A DNA stretch of 64,000 nt from Clostridia bacterium. Lineage in GTDB: Bacteria > Bacillota > Clostridia > Oscillospirales > CAG-272. A program made the position numbers and the translations under genes. The stretch spans positions 519 to 64,518 of the forward strand of contig CAAGGQ010000230.1 in assembly GCA_900769475.1 (NCBI GenBank), given 5' to 3'. This document shows, one piece after another, positions 26,961-37,237 of the stretch (position 1 is its first letter; the number at the start of each line of letters is the position of its first letter). The notes below the pieces were generated by a model. The model had not been told where the DNA came from and did no database searches. It worked only from the letters and a program-made list of their open reading frames with translations.

Positions 26961-29156
26961 TTATTGTGTGGGGATGAGCGAGTGCAAATAAGCGACGGTA
27001 TCCTTGGAATAGGGGGCGGCGGGATCGTTCAATGCCGCCAGCGCCACCTGTGCTACCGAGCGACTGCAGGGCACCGAGGCGGCGGGAATACGGAGCACCT
27101 CACCGTTGGTGTATTGGATCTCCAAATAAAAGGTGGCGGAATAGGGAATAGAAAAATCGGTCAGCGAGGGGGTATTGGCGTGGAGCTTGGCGTAGTCCTC
27201 CAGGAGCTCCAGATTCTCCACCGCGGCGGTGGTCACCCGCGTCCCTTCGGTGATCTCGGCAGAAAGGCGCAGACCGTCGATGTTCTTCAGCACTTGATAA
27301 TCCTCCAGATCCAGAATGGCCGAAAAGCGAAGCTGAGGGGATGCGGTCTTAAGAGAGAGGGCAGCGCCGTGAAGCTGAAAAAAACGGGCGGTGGCGGCTT
27401 CAAAGGTCAGATCCCGGGTCAAAACTACGGAGGAACCGGGCGGCAGAAAGGAGCCGTCCGAGCCGAGCCACCCAACAAAACAGGGAAGCTCACTTTCGGG
27501 CAAAAGCAGGGTCTCTCCCCGTGGGAGGCTTTGCCGTGTGGTGCGATCGGGTTCCACAAAGGCCACCTCGTGGTGGATGGTTTGCAGCTCCAGATAGAAC
27601 ACCGCGCACAGGAAGGCGTGATTCTGCTTTTGGGAGGAGTTGTCGTTATCGTAGTTTGCCAGGCCCCGTATTGTTAATATATGCTTGCTCCCCGGCAAAA
27701 ATTGCATGGGAAGAGTAAGATCCAGCGTTTCCGAGGTGGAACATGTGATCCATTCCCCGTCGTCCAGACGGTATTGCAGTGCGCGAATGCCGTAGGAATG
27801 CTCCACTCGCCCCGAAAGCTTGAGCATTTTCTCGATTTGCGGATACAGGGTTTGATAAACGGTGGAGGATTCAGCCACCAAACGGTCGGGAGAGGTCAGC
27901 TCCACGGTGTAAGAATAGCGACAATCGGCCTGCGCCAGCAGGGTGCAGGTGCCGTTGGCGGGATCCTTGCAGGATGTATCGGGCATGCCTTCGTAGACGG
28001 GGATCAGGAAGGTACAGGCACTGTCCAGCGCGTCCACCGCGGCAAAGGCCGAGTAGAGGGAGCGGGCCTCGGTCAGAGCACCTGCCACGTTTTGCATGTA
28101 TTGTCCCCAAAAGTTGCGGTCGGCGGCGCGGCCGTCCACATTAAATTTTTGCAGATAAACGGTGGATTGATAGCGGTCGATGTAATTTTTTTTCAGCAGA
28201 TGGGAGCCCCCGTAGATCGATTTCCAGCGGGTGTTCCAGGCGGGAGAGCCTCCCCATGCGGCGGCCATGTCAGGCGTACCGTCCACGGCGCGAGTCATGG
28301 CATTATAATAGATGCGGAAGAGTCCCGTGCCGCTGGCTTTTACGTTGAATAGATTGTAGTAGCCGTCCAAGGCCTTCAATTCCTCCACGGTATAGCCCGA
28401 GGAGGGAGGGAGGATCTGTTTTCCACTTTCGCTGGTTTGAGTCTGATTGCGGTAGTAATCGACCAAAAGACTGCCGCACCGCCCCGAAATAATGGGCGAG
28501 GTACCGGCTTTGCCTTGTTCCTGGCGGATCTTGGCGGCCAAATACACCGGGTGAATCCCCAAGGTTTGTCCTACCTCCTGCAGGTAGGCGGCGTAGGATT
28601 TTCCGTTCTCCAGCATGTCGGTTTCCATAAAGGTGCCGCGCAGCACGGCTGCCAGCTCCTCCGCGGAAGCGTTGGTTTGATAGGCGAGATCGTAGAATTG
28701 GAAGATGTCGGCCTCGTTCAAAAAGTTCCGAGGGTCCATAAAATAGCGCACGGCATCCGCAGAGGCCTGATAGTAGCCCGCATCGTAGGATTCTTGGTTG
28801 ATGGGATGGTGATAAGCTGCGTAGGTTTTGGAGGACGGGATCAGATTGGTCAGGGGATTTTCGGTTTCCTTTTTGATCACATAGCTCCAGGTGTAATCGG
28901 GATTGATTTGGGTGATCTGCAGAGGAAGAAAGGTCCAGTTGGGATGCAGGAGATGAAGCTCGGTCAATGCCACGGCGTAGTCCTTGGGAAAGCCTGTCTC
29001 CACAAGGGATTCGTAGTATTCCTGGGCCGCTCCGGAAAAGAAGCGCTCGGTGGTGCTGCCCTCCAGACTCAGGCTGATGCCTACGGCCAGGAGCAGGGAA
29101 ACGATCACCGCCGCCGAAAGAGCGGATAGTAATATTTTCTTGGCTTTTGGTTTCAT
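26961..29156 (-). CDS. Secreted or membrane-anchored cell-wall hydrolase candidate (N-acetylglucosaminidase-like domain) with a large C-terminal region of unknown function
   Basis: N-terminal signal/anchor KKILLSALSAAVIVSLLLAV. The motif VYLAAKIRQEQGKAGTSPIISG resembles glucosaminidase-domain proteins. Upstream of dat in an apparent operon. Confidence 0.5.
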   Translation of the reverse strand: MKPKAKKILLSALSAAVIVSLLLAVGISLSLEGSTTERFFSGAAQEYYESLVETGFPKDYAVALTELHLLHPNWTFLPLQITQINPDYTWSYVIKKETENPLTNLIPSSKTYAAYHHPINQESYDAGYYQASADAVRYFMDPRNFLNEADIFQFYDLAYQTNASAEELAAVLRGTFMETDMLENGKSYAAYLQEVGQTLGIHPVYLAAKIRQEQGKAGTSPIISGRCGSLLVDYYRNQTQTSESGKQILPPSSGYTVEELKALDGYYNLFNVKASGTGLFRIYYNAMTRAVDGTPDMAAAWGGSPAWNTRWKSIYGGSHLLKKNYIDRYQSTVYLQKFNVDGRAADRNFWGQYMQNVAGALTEARSLYSAFAAVDALDSACTFLIPVYEGMPDTSCKDPANGTCTLLAQADCRYSYTVELTSPDRLVAESSTVYQTLYPQIEKMLKLSGRVEHSYGIRALQYRLDDGEWITCSTSETLDLTLPMQFLPGSKHILTIRGLANYDNDNSSQKQNHAFLCAVFYLELQTIHHEVAFVEPDRTTRQSLPRGETLLLPESELPCFVGWLGSDGSFLPPGSSVVLTRDLTFEAATARFFQLHGAALSLKTASPQLRFSAILDLEDYQVLKNIDGLRLSAEITEGTRVTTAAVENLELLEDYAKLHANTPSLTDFSIPYSATFYLEIQYTNGEVLRIPAASVPCSRSVAQVALAALNDPAAPYSKDTVAYLHSLIPTQ

Positions 29157-29236
29157 AGGAGCATATCCGCCTTTCTTGAAAAGATCTTTTTTCCATTATA
29201 GCATATAAAAAGAATTTTTGGAAGGGCTTTTTTGAG

Positions 29237-29275
29237 AAAAAAAGAAAAAAGCCTCGCCCAAAATGCGGGCGAGGC
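29237..29275 (-). terminator. Intrinsic terminator of the ctsR-clpC operon
   Basis: Stem gcctcgccc/gggcgaggc, followed on the minus strand by a long U-run (A-run 29237-29250 on +). Confidence 0.7.
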
Positions 29276-29344
29276 TCGATTGGAGATTTTCAAAATGGGT
29301 GAAAACGAAGGCTTGAAGAAGACACACCGTTAACGGAGCTCCTA

Positions 29345-31837
29345 TTACGCCCCCGTTTCCCCTGCTTTTTCCTTTTCTTGCACTTGAAAAACGACGGTAT
29401 CGTTCTTCGCCGTGGCGGTCACGTGGTCGCCACGCTGAATCCGTCCTTCCAGCATTTCGGTGGAGAAGGCGTCCTCCACCATGCGCACCACGGCGCGGCG
29501 CAGAGGACGTGCGCCGTAGGTGGGATCAAAGCCCTTTTGCGCAAGAAGCTTTGCCACGGAAGGGTCAAATTGGATCGAGATCTCCAGAGCTTCAATGCGT
29601 TTTTGCACCTCGGAGAGCATCAGACCGGCAATGGCCTCGATATCGGCCTCCTTAAGGGGGTGGAAGACAATGATATCGTCGATACGGTTGATGAATTCCG
29701 GGCGGAAGGTGCCACGCAGAGCCTTCATCATCTGCTCGCGGTGCCCGTCCTCCGATGCCGCGGGGGCATCAGAGGCAAAGCCCAGCGCTTTGGGACCGCT
29801 CGTCTCTCCGGCACCCACGTTGGAGGTGAGGATGATCACGGTGTTCCGAAAATCCACCCGCCGTCCCTGGGAATCGGTCAAAATTCCGTCCTCCAGCACC
29901 TGCAAAAGGATATTGAATACGTCGGGGTGGGCTTTTTCAATCTCGTCAAAGAGGACCACCGAATAGGGCTTGCGGCGGATCTTTTCGGTGAGCTGTCCCC
30001 CCTCCTCAAAGCCCACGTAGCCGGGAGGCGAGCCAATGAGCTTGGAAACGCTGTGCTTTTCCATATATTCCGACATGTCCAGGCGGATCATGGCGTTGGG
30101 ATCGCCAAACATCACGTCGGCCAGCGCCTTGGTCAGTTCCGTCTTACCAATGCCGGTGGGACCCATGAAGATGAAGGAGCCGATGGGGCGCTTGGGATCC
30201 TTGAGACCCATGCGTCCCCGACGAATGGCGCGGGAAACGGCGGCGATGGCCTCCTCCTGCCCAATGACGCGGGCGCGGAGAAGCTCGTCCAGGTGCAGCA
30301 GCTTTTCGCTCTCCTCGGCGAGGAGCTGATGCACGGGGATCCCCGTCCATTGGGTCACCACGTCGGCAATATCCTCGGCGCTTACCGTAATGGTGGAGGT
30401 ATCCTGAGAGGCAGTCCAGTCGGTTTTCTTGCTTTCAAATTCTTTTTTCAGCCGTTGCTCCTCGTCCCGCAGGGTGGCTGCACGCTCAAAGTTTTGCTCG
30501 GTAATGGCTTCCTCTTTTTCGGTGGCCACCGAGCGGATCTGCTCCTCCAGATCCTTGAGGTCAGGAGGGGAGGTGAAGGCGGCAATGCGACGGCGGGAAG
30601 CGGCCTCGTCGATAAGATCGATGGCCTTATCGGGTAGGAAGCGGTCGGTGATATAGCGGGTGGAGAGCAGGACCGCGGCGGATAGAGCCTCGTCGGCGAT
30701 CTTCAGCTTGTGATGGGCTTCGTATTTGTCCCGCAGACCGTAAAGGATCTGCAGGGCGTCCTCCTTGCTGGGCTCACCTACCAGCACCGACTGGAATCGA
30801 CGCTCCAGGGCGGCGTCTTTTTCGATATGCTTGCGGTATTCGGCCAGCGTGGTGGCACCAATGACCTGCATCTCGCCCCGTGCCAGTGCCGGCTTGATGA
30901 TGTTGGCCGCATCTACCGCTCCTTCGGCGGCGCCGGCACCAATGATGGTGTGAATCTCGTCGATAAAGAGGATGAGGTCGGGATTTTTTTGCACCTCGGA
31001 CATCACGTTTTTAAAGCGCTCCTCAAATTCGCCCCGGTATTTGGCTCCTGCGATCATCGAGGCAATGTCCAGCGTAACGATGGTTTTATCCCGCAGATTT
31101 TCGGGGATTCGCCCCGAAACGATGCGCTGTGCCAGGCCCTCTACCACGGCGGTTTTTCCCACGCCGGGCTCGCCAATGAGGCAGGGATTATTTTTGGTGC
31201 GGCGGGAGAGGATCTGGATCACCCGCTCGGTCTCGGTTTCGCGCCCAATGATGGGGTCGATCTTTCCGTTGCGAGCCATGGCGGTCAGATCCCGTCCAAA
31301 GCTTTTGAGGGTAGGGGCAGAATCCAGAGCGCGGCTTCCCGCATCGGATTCGCGGCCCTTGGGGGCGGAATTCTTTTCATTCCCTCCGGTGGGGGAGCCG
31401 GTGGTGCCGCCCAGGAAGCTCATCACGTCGTTTTTCAGCTCGTTGACCGAGATCTCCTGACTTTCCAGGATTCGTACGGCTACGCAATCCCGCTCGTTCA
31501 GAAGGGCAAGGAGAAGATGCTCGGTTCCAATGTAATCCTGGCCGTGACGTTGGGACTCGTAAAAGGAGGCCTCGATGATCTTCTTGGTGCGGGGTGTCAT
31601 GTCCGAGGCATTCACCCCCGAGGGCGATCCGGTGCCGGCCAACTGTTCAATGGCCTGGCGGATCTTTTCTTCATCAACGTTCCGCTCGGCCAGATAATGA
31701 GCGGCTACGCCGTTTTTTTCCAGGAGCAGACCCAAAAGGAGATGCTCCGAGCCAATATAGGTGTGTCCCATTTCCGCGGCACTTTTCAGTGCCTGGTTCA
31801 GGACGTTTTGTGCTTTTTGTGTAAAGCGGTTTGCCAT
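29345..31837 (-). CDS. clpC: ATP-dependent Clp protease ATP-binding subunit ClpC
   Basis: Clp_N repeats, two Walker A sites ([16 protein letters not shown]) and a UVR linker. Last gene of the ctsR operon. A TTG start 2 codons upstream (31843) is possible. Confidence 0.95.
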   Translation of the reverse strand: MANRFTQKAQNVLNQALKSAAEMGHTYIGSEHLLLGLLLEKNGVAAHYLAERNVDEEKIRQAIEQLAGTGSPSGVNASDMTPRTKKIIEASFYESQRHGQDYIGTEHLLLALLNERDCVAVRILESQEISVNELKNDVMSFLGGTTGSPTGGNEKNSAPKGRESDAGSRALDSAPTLKSFGRDLTAMARNGKIDPIIGRETETERVIQILSRRTKNNPCLIGEPGVGKTAVVEGLAQRIVSGRIPENLRDKTIVTLDIASMIAGAKYRGEFEERFKNVMSEVQKNPDLILFIDEIHTIIGAGAAEGAVDAANIIKPALARGEMQVIGATTLAEYRKHIEKDAALERRFQSVLVGEPSKEDALQILYGLRDKYEAHHKLKIADEALSAAVLLSTRYITDRFLPDKAIDLIDEAASRRRIAAFTSPPDLKDLEEQIRSVATEKEEAITEQNFERAATLRDEEQRLKKEFESKKTDWTASQDTSTITVSAEDIADVVTQWTGIPVHQLLAEESEKLLHLDELLRARVIGQEEAIAAVSRAIRRGRMGLKDPKRPIGSFIFMGPTGIGKTELTKALADVMFGDPNAMIRLDMSEYMEKHSVSKLIGSPPGYVGFEEGGQLTEKIRRKPYSVVLFDEIEKAHPDVFNILLQVLEDGILTDSQGRRVDFRNTVIILTSNVGAGETSGPKALGFASDAPAASEDGHREQMMKALRGTFRPEFINRIDDIIVFHPLKEADIEAIAGLMLSEVQKRIEALEISIQFDPSVAKLLAQKGFDPTYGARPLRRAVVRMVEDAFSTEMLEGRIQRGDHVTATAKNDTVVFQVQEKEKAGETGA

Positions 31838-31866
31838 AAGCAATCACGCTCCTTTCCATAATGGAC

Positions 31867-32892
31867 TTATTCCGGCTTAGCGGTGCGATGCAACGCAAGC
31901 TTGATTCGTTGTGCACGAAGCTTATCCCGGGCAAATTCGTTTTTGGGGGTAGATTCCGAGGAGAGGGTAAGGGTTGCGGGCATGGTGTCCACCAACAACG
32001 TTCCCAGTTGCTCGTAGCTGATATCTTCTACGATGCCTAAGGAAATGCCGAAGCGAACGTCGGCAAAAAGCTTGATGAACTCTGCCGAGGACATCAAAAA
32101 GGCGTGCTTGAGAAGCCCTTCGCTCCGTAGGATCCGGTCGGTCAGGCGATCCAGGGCTTCCCCTTGAATGCTTTTTCTTGCAAGCTGTTCCTTTTCGGTG
32201 ATCTGCTTCACGGCTTCTTTCAGCTTTTTTAGTGTTTCCTCCTCGGTGATCCCCAGGGTGATCTGATTGGAGATCTGGTACATGCATCCGGCGGCTCCGC
32301 TACCCTCGCCAAAGAGGCCGCGCACGGTCAGACCGATCTTGGAGAGCTGAGAGGCCAAGGAATCCATGTAGCCACCGCGGGTCAGGGCGGGGAGGAACAT
32401 CATAACCGATGCCCGCATGCCGGTGCCAAGATTGGTGGGGCAGTGGGTGAGGTAGCCCAGCTCCTCGCTGTAGGCAAAGTCAAAATCCTCGTCCAGGCGC
32501 TTTTCGGTCTGTTGCGCGTTTTTGTAGGCCTCCTCCAGAGCAAGGCCGGGAAGGATCGATTGGATCCGCAAATGATCCTCCTCGCACACCATCACGGCAA
32601 TGCCCAGGGCTTCCTGGAGCAGGAGAGCGTGGGGGGAATCCTTAGTGGCAAATTCGGGACTGACGTAATGGCGCTCCACGTAGGAGGTGGCCATCACGGG
32701 GGAGAGATCGGCAAAATGGATCTTTCGGAAGCCGGCGGTTTCCAGTGGTGCGCTGACCTTTTCAATGATCTCGTTGGCACCGGCGGCGTCCAGCTTGGAG
32801 GCAAAGGGATAGCCGTTGAGGTTTCGAGCCAGACGGATCCGGGAGCTGATCACCGTATCGGCGTGCTTTCCAACCGTGTTATACCATGCCAT
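31867..32892 (-). CDS. mcsB: Protein arginine kinase McsB
   Basis: SSRIRLARNLNGYPF and CPTNLGTGMRAS (phosphagen-kinase-type motif). The start ATG at 32892 abuts the mcsA stop. Confidence 0.9.
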   Translation of the reverse strand: MAWYNTVGKHADTVISSRIRLARNLNGYPFASKLDAAGANEIIEKVSAPLETAGFRKIHFADLSPVMATSYVERHYVSPEFATKDSPHALLLQEALGIAVMVCEEDHLRIQSILPGLALEEAYKNAQQTEKRLDEDFDFAYSEELGYLTHCPTNLGTGMRASVMMFLPALTRGGYMDSLASQLSKIGLTVRGLFGEGSGAAGCMYQISNQITLGITEEETLKKLKEAVKQITEKEQLARKSIQGEALDRLTDRILRSEGLLKHAFLMSSAEFIKLFADVRFGISLGIVEDISYEQLGTLLVDTMPATLTLSSESTPKNEFARDKLRAQRIKLALHRTAKPE

Positions 32893-32893
32893 A

Positions 32894-33436
32894 TTACTCC
32901 ACCTCCTTTTGTGCTTGCTCCTGGAGCGTGCGGATCTCATCGCGCAGGGTGGCCGCATGCTCGTAATTTTCGTTTTGAATGGCGGTCTGCAGCTCTGCCT
33001 TCAGCTCCTGCAGCCGATGGTCCCGTTCCTTTTTCGCCCGATGCCGTGCGGGAACGTCGCCCTTGTGGGAGGTGGTTCCGTGCACCGAGGCAATCAGGCG
33101 GGAGAGCTCCTCCCGGAAGGTGGTGTAGCATTGAGGACAGCCCACCTTGCCGCTCTTGCTGATCTGGGCGTAGGTCGATTCGCAGGAGGGGCATTTCTTT
33201 TGCGTGGAAAGGGGCAGGGGGGTAGGGATCCCGAAGAATCCGCCAAACAGGTCATCCTGCAAGGAGGAGAAGGGATCGGCAAAGCTGCCGATCATAGAGG
33301 TAATATCCTGAAGCTCACCCTTTTCCCGAAGCTTGGCGGCACATTCCCCACAAAGGGAATAGGATCGGGTCTTGCCGTTGATATTTTCGTTATAGAACAC
33401 GGTCGCGGTTCTTTTTTTGCATGTTTCACAAAGCAT
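32894..33436 (-). CDS. mcsA: McsA, activator of protein arginine kinase (zinc-finger and UVR motif protein)
   Basis: CxxC pairs (CETCKK, CGECA, CPSCES, CPQCY) and the UVR motif ENYEHAATLRDEI. Confidence 0.85.
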   Translation of the reverse strand: MLCETCKKRTATVFYNENINGKTRSYSLCGECAAKLREKGELQDITSMIGSFADPFSSLQDDLFGGFFGIPTPLPLSTQKKCPSCESTYAQISKSGKVGCPQCYTTFREELSRLIASVHGTTSHKGDVPARHRAKKERDHRLQELKAELQTAIQNENYEHAATLRDEIRTLQEQAQKEVE

Positions 33437-33548
33437 TTTTTGTAACTTCCTTTCTCCGCAAGGGGGACTTGCGGCTTTTTTGTTCTATTATAGCTCTTCT
33501 ATGCGAAATAATTTGTCGGATTCTCTGTAAAAGAGAAAAATATCTGTT

Positions 33549-33995
33549 TTACATCAGCGTGAGGATCAGCTGCTTGAGAATATCGGCGCGGGTCACGCTC
33601 CGAACCTGGGGGGGAAGTGCCGCCAGAGAGGCTTGAGAAAGGGCCGCCGCGCAGAGCGCAAACTCTCGGGAGGAGATATACTCGTTTCCCAAAAGATTTT
33701 TTAGGTAGGCCAGAGCCTCCTGCTCGTCGATGCGCTCCCCAATGGCACAAAAGAAGTGCATGAGGTAATCGTTGCGCCCCATCTGCTTGCGCACGATGCG
33801 GATGCATCCACCGCCGCCCCGTCGGGATTCGATCACGTATCCTCGCTCGGGGGTAAAGCGGGAGGAGATCACGTAGCTGATCTGGCTGGGAACACAGCCC
33901 AGGCGCAGAGCCATTTCGTTGCGTTGAAGCTCCAGGATCCCGTCACTTTCGTTTAACATTTCTTCGATCATTTTTGCAATCGCATCGGTTAACAT
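33549..33995 (-). CDS. ctsR: Class III stress-gene repressor CtsR
   Basis: LRLGCVPSQISYVISSRFTPERGYVIESRRGGGG is the CtsR HTH/wing signature. First gene of the ctsR-mcsA-mcsB-clpC operon. Confidence 0.9.
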   Translation of the reverse strand: MLTDAIAKMIEEMLNESDGILELQRNEMALRLGCVPSQISYVISSRFTPERGYVIESRRGGGGCIRIVRKQMGRNDYLMHFFCAIGERIDEQEALAYLKNLLGNEYISSREFALCAAALSQASLAALPPQVRSVTRADILKQLILTLM

Positions 33996-34009
33996 TTTTG
34001 TTCTCCTTT

Positions 34010-34082
34010 TTTGACCTTCTTTGACTTTCCGCTTGTATTATACTTCAAAAGTCAAAGAAAGTCAAAGTCAATGAAAGTCAAA
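34010..34082 (-). promoter_or_regulatory. ctsR operon promoter embedded in three tandem CtsR operators
   Basis: Minus strand -35 TTGACT (34065-34060), 17 nt, -10 TATAAT (34042-34037). Operators are AGTCAAAGAAGGTCAAA (34026-34010, minus), AGTCAAAGAAAGTCAAA (34050-34066, plus) and AGTCAATGAAAGTCAAA (34066-34082, plus). All match RGTCAAANANRGTCAAA. Confidence 0.8.
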
Positions 34083-34216
34083 AATAGACGTTGAGATCAG
34101 AAAAATGAGAAAAAAATAGTCAAAAGCTCGTTTTTTCGGCGTTTTTCGCATTTTTTTGAAAAAAGAACGGAGCAAAGGTCAAAGGCGTGGAAAATCCGAG
34201 AAATCCCAAAGCCGAC

Positions 34217-34245
34217 TTGACAATCGGGGGTTTTTGTGGTATACT
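34217..34245 (+). promoter_or_regulatory. SigA-type promoter of dxs
   Basis: TTGACA, 17 nt, TGgTATACT. Confidence 0.55.
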
Positions 34246-34291
34246 TATACAGATAGAATAATGTAAAAAAAGAGAGGAAGGGTGCTTAGAA

Positions 34292-36205
34292 ATGACGGAA
34301 GAAAAAAAAGATTCGACCGTGCGATATCCTTACCTTGAAAAAGTAAATAGTCCGGAGGACCTGAAAGCTCTGGCACCGGAGGAGTTGCCTGCACTGGCAA
34401 GCGAGATCCGAGGCTTTTTGATCGAGCAGGTGCAGGAGCATGGAGGACATTTGGCCTCGAACCTTGGTGTGGTGGAAATGACCCTTGCCATTCACCGGGT
34501 CTTTTCCTCGCCCCAGGATCATATCATCTTTGACGTTGGCCATCAGAGCTACGTGCACAAGCTGCTTACGGGGCGGCGGGATCGCTTTTCCACACTGCGT
34601 CAGAGCGGTGGTCTGAGCGGATTCCCCAAGCGGAGCGAGAGCGAGCACGATTGCTTTGGCACAGGGCACAGCTCCACGTCTCTGTCGGCGGCGCTGGGCT
34701 TTGCCGAGGCCGATCGGCTGTCGGGCTCCAACGCTTATACCGTATGTGTGCTGGGGGACGGTGCTTATACCGGCGGCATGATCCACGAAGCGTTGAACAA
34801 TTGCCGCAAGAAGCTTCGACTGATCATTATCATCAACGAGAACGAGATGTCAATCTCCAAGAACATCGGCCGCTTTGCTAAATCGCTCTCCAATCTTCGC
34901 TCCAGCCAGCGCTATTTCCGTACCAAGAGCATTACCACGTCGGTGCTGAATCACATTCCTCTGATCGGTAAGCCCATCTTCCGCTTTTTGTTGCGGTTGA
35001 AGATCGCCATGAAGTCTGCGTTGTACGGCTCGAATTATTTTGAAAATCTGGGCATGATGTACTTTGGCCCCGTGAACGGAAACGACGAGGCCGCGGTGGA
35101 GCGTCTGCTTCGGGAGGCTAAGACCACCGGACAGAGCTGTGTGATTCACGTCAAGACCCAAAAGGGCAAGGGATATGCACCTGCCGAGACCCGACCCGAT
35201 CGGTTTCACGGCATTGCCCCCGTGGGGAAGAGCCACGCATCCGGTACCAGCTTCTCGGAGGAGCTGGGGAGTCTTCTTACCGCCAAGGCCATTAAGAATG
35301 AAAAGATCTGCGCCATTACGGCGGCTATGGCCGAGGGGACCGGCCTTTCCACTTTTCGATCCTATCATCCCTCCCGTTTCTTTGACGTGGGCATTGCAGA
35401 GGAGCACGCCGTAACCTTTGCCGCAGGCTTGGCGGCCAACGGCTATCGCCCTGTGGTGGCCATCTATTCCACCTTCCTGCAGCGCGCCTACGATAACATT
35501 CTCCACGATGTAGCTTTGCAGGATCTTCCGGTGGTGATGTGCATCGACCGTGCCGGACTCAACGCTGGGGACGGAGCGACCCACCACGGAATCTTTGACG
35601 TGGCATTCCTCTCCCAGATCCCCGGTCTTCGCATCTATACGCCCGTTACGCGCAGAGGTCTGCAGCTTTCCCTTGAGACTGCTTTGAAGGATTCCCATCC
35701 CTCGGCCATCCGCTATGCCAACGGCTACGAGGATGCCGCCGTGGTTGAAGCTTTTTACGGTGCCACTCTGCAAAACGGGATCGGTGTTCGTTCCAATTAT
35801 TCCGCGCCCCAAAGGGAATCCTTGGATGCGGTGATCGTTACTCACGGTCGCATTGTCAAGGAGGCCATGGCGGCTGCGGAACTGCTGAAGGAGCAGGGGA
35901 TCACCGTTGGGATCTTGCTGCTGGAGTTGCTTAAGCCCTACGGGGAAACAGCGCGGCAGATCCTTCCATATCTTCCTCAAAAGGCCTGCAAAGTGCTCTT
36001 CCTGGAGGAAGAGATCCGTGCAGGTGGCATGGGCATGATGCTCTCCGAGGCGCTGTCTACCTTTGGAGAAATGAAGAACAAAACGGTAGAGATCATGGCG
36101 GTGGAGGATTCCTTTGCCGTGCAGGAAAAGGCCGAGCCCATTCTTACCACCGTGGGATTGGATCGGGAAAGCATCGTTGCCCGCGTGCTGAAAAAGGATC
36201 GCTGA
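34292..36205 (+). CDS. dxs: 1-deoxy-D-xylulose-5-phosphate synthase
   Basis: GGHLASNLGVVE, FDVGHQSY, GHSSTSLSAALG, GDGAYTGGM and a transketolase-like C-terminus. Confidence 0.95.
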   Translation: MTEEKKDSTVRYPYLEKVNSPEDLKALAPEELPALASEIRGFLIEQVQEHGGHLASNLGVVEMTLAIHRVFSSPQDHIIFDVGHQSYVHKLLTGRRDRFSTLRQSGGLSGFPKRSESEHDCFGTGHSSTSLSAALGFAEADRLSGSNAYTVCVLGDGAYTGGMIHEALNNCRKKLRLIIIINENEMSISKNIGRFAKSLSNLRSSQRYFRTKSITTSVLNHIPLIGKPIFRFLLRLKIAMKSALYGSNYFENLGMMYFGPVNGNDEAAVERLLREAKTTGQSCVIHVKTQKGKGYAPAETRPDRFHGIAPVGKSHASGTSFSEELGSLLTAKAIKNEKICAITAAMAEGTGLSTFRSYHPSRFFDVGIAEEHAVTFAAGLAANGYRPVVAIYSTFLQRAYDNILHDVALQDLPVVMCIDRAGLNAGDGATHHGIFDVAFLSQIPGLRIYTPVTRRGLQLSLETALKDSHPSAIRYANGYEDAAVVEAFYGATLQNGIGVRSNYSAPQRESLDAVIVTHGRIVKEAMAAAELLKEQGITVGILLLELLKPYGETARQILPYLPQKACKVLFLEEEIRAGGMGMMLSEALSTFGEMKNKTVEIMAVEDSFAVQEKAEPILTTVGLDRESIVARVLKKDR

Positions 36206-36226
36206 TCCTTTCCAAAAAGGAGAACT

Positions 36227-37237
36227 ATGGAACTGTATAAGTACTTGCAAAGGATCCCCAAGAGTGCCATCTTTTCTGAGGAGGGCTATTTCGTTTGGTG
36301 TGGATCGCTGATCCGCCATGGGGATACCTACTATCTGTTCTATTCCCGTTGGAAAAAGGAATACGGCTTTGACGCCTGGGTTACCCACTCCGAGATCGCC
36401 CTGGCCTCCTCCAAGGAGCTTTTTGGAGAATTTCGCTTTGAAAAGGTATTGTTCACCAAAGAGGATTCCAACGCCTGGGATCGGGATTGCTTTCACAATC
36501 CCTGTGTGATCCAAAAGGACGGCGTGTTCTATCTGTATTATATGGCAAACTACGGCGACGGAACCTATTGGGATCACCGCAACCATCAGCGCATCGGCGT
36601 GGCTTACGCCACCCATCCCCTGGGAGAATGGACGCGGAGCCCTTCGCCTGTGATCGATGTTTCCAATGCCGGCTTTGATTGCCTGATGACCTCCAATCCC
36701 TCGGTGTGCTTGACTCCCGACGGGCGAGTGGCCATGCTTTACAAGGGCGTGGGACGGGAACGGGAGCTGCCAAAGGGCGGCCCCGTGGTCTGCGGTATGG
36801 CCTACGCCTCCCATCCCTTGGGCCCCTTTGAAAAGACCGGGATTCCCGTGATGCAAAATCCCGAGCACCCATGGTCAGTGGAGGATCCCTGTCTCTTCTT
36901 CGACGGGGACCGCATGTGTGCCATTGTCAAGGATTTTCAGGGCTATTTTACCGGAACGGGAAGCACCTCCCTGGCGCTGTTTATCTCCCCGGATGGCGTG
37001 GATTTTCTTCCCGCCAAGGAGCCTCTGGCAATGCCCTTGATTCTGCCTATGGAGGCGGGAGATCTGGCGGTCAAACGCCTGGAGCGCCAGCAGCTATACT
37101 ATGAAAACGGAGAGCTCAAGGCCCTGGTGCTGGCGGTGATGCCCCATCCGGAGAACGGGGAAGTGCATAGCTTCTCGGTTCGCGTGCCGATCCGATCTTC
37201 GAAAAATACGGAGAAAAATGATGATTCCAAAGTGTAA
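36227..37237 (+). CDS. Glycoside hydrolase-like beta-propeller protein (GH43/GH117-like)
   Basis: Repeated blade-like segments GDTYYLFYSRW, KDGVFYLYYMANYG, DGRVAMLYKG and DGDRMCAIVKD. The family assignment is tentative. Confidence 0.45.
   Translation: MELYKYLQRIPKSAIFSEEGYFVWCGSLIRHGDTYYLFYSRWKKEYGFDAWVTHSEIALASSKELFGEFRFEKVLFTKEDSNAWDRDCFHNPCVIQKDGVFYLYYMANYGDGTYWDHRNHQRIGVAYATHPLGEWTRSPSPVIDVSNAGFDCLMTSNPSVCLTPDGRVAMLYKGVGRERELPKGGPVVCGMAYASHPLGPFEKTGIPVMQNPEHPWSVEDPCLFFDGDRMCAIVKDFQGYFTGTGSTSLALFISPDGVDFLPAKEPLAMPLILPMEAGDLAVKRLERQQLYYENGELKALVLAVMPHPENGEVHSFSVRVPIRSSKNTEKNDDSKV

Noticed and set aside
34850-36868. 672-aa minus-strand ORF opposite dxs and the GH43-like gene
   Set aside because: It spans two independent sense genes and their intergenic RBS. 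The translation is repetitive and domain-free, so it is an antisense artefact.
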